Of a stretch of DNA of 64,000 bases, positions 63,123 through 64,000 are shown one piece after another. The position numbers and the translations under genes are program-made. Each line of letters opens with the position of its first letter. Position 1 is the first letter of the stretch. The notes beneath the pieces are model-generated. The model saw only the letters and a list, made by a program, of their open reading frames with translations. It was not told where the DNA came from and searched no databases. This stretch comes from Lama guanicoe (lineage: Eukaryota), in the NCBI GenBank assembly GCA_013239625.1, contig MU054323.1, forward strand, positions 4,380,214 to 4,444,213. Direction: 5' to 3'.

Positions 63123-64000
63123 TTCCATCCATCATTCAGCGAGTACATACTCCTTGCTTGAGAACTAAGATTTCCTCTTTTCCCAATGAAGTGTTGAGTG
63201 CAAAGAATAAAATTTAAACCATGAATCTGTTTCATAATCGCCCATTGTCACACAATCACGCAGCTCTAGATTGTGCACATCTAAATTTAGATGTTGGTGA
63301 TACGTAACTGCAAAGATTCAAATGACCTGTTTTAAAATAATACATGGTATATAGTTGACGGTAATGTACAAAATCCACTGAGTGATGATTCATGAAAGGG
63401 AATGGTGATGTATGATTCCTCCTTGGATACACTTGAAGTTTTCCACTTGTGGGCTTCCCTTTTCTGCAGACACGTGGTAATTCAAAGTCAAATACACTGT
63501 GTTAATAAAGCTGGGACCACTCTATTATCCAGCCTTATATTCTGTTTGGAGTTTGACACTTGTCTGCCAATGGAAAATTTCAGTAAATCTAACATCACAA
63601 ATCGACCAGTCCATGCTAGTCAATGAAAGAAGGTTCAGGATATATGATTATTTCTAGGGAAAGGTGGAAGCAATTCTTTCTTAGGGAAGATTCAGAAATG
63701 GCAATAAAGTTAAAATGTTCAGAAGTTCGCATTTCCATTGTTCAGTTTGTCATAAAAACTCCTTAAGTTTTTTTTTCATAATTTAGTTATTACCTTATGA
63801 CAGAGGCCAATGGAAAAATAATTTTGATACATCTCACATAACAAAAGTAGACACTTTAAAGTCTATGGCTATGTTGCTGGTCTTCCTTTTTCTTGTCTTT
63901 TGGTAATTGTATAGTTTATTTTACCAGTAATTGTCTTCAATTGTCAAATATCACAGATTTGTCATAGAGTTAACTTGTCAACCAATGACTCCAGCTGTGA

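Noticed and set aside
1..64000. A novel multi-gene or defence-type system
   Set aside because: There are no credible protein-coding ORFs, operon structure or RNA genes. The content is explained by mammalian intronic DNA and known repeat classes.

Overview
This window is mammalian (placental) non-coding DNA. It has no CpG island, no rRNA, tRNA or CRISPR array, and no recognisable long coding exon. The ORF track is almost entirely chance ORFs or repeat-derived ORFs. A large part of the window is old interspersed repeats: MIR, L2, CR1/L3, L1M/HAL1, MLT1 and other solo LTRs, and hAT/Tigger MITEs. There is also one younger cetartiodactyl-type L1 3' fragment, several microsatellites and several local tandem duplications. 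I saw no lineage SINEs (Alu, Bov-tA, PRE1, SINEC, B1/B2). That absence plus the L1 3' end suggests a camelid-like genome, which is an inference. The most notable non-repeat signal is a 17-nt + strand microexon candidate at 41879-41895, with a long UGC-rich pyrimidine tract and a GTAAGT donor. It suggests the window is mostly intron of a large + strand gene that I cannot name. Weaker signals are further + strand exon candidates, a possible set of antisense spliced exons, repeat-free enhancer-like blocks and CTCF-like motifs. I found no evidence for a novel multi-gene system. Repeat names come from recalled consensus sequences rather than a RepeatMasker run, and boundaries are approximate.
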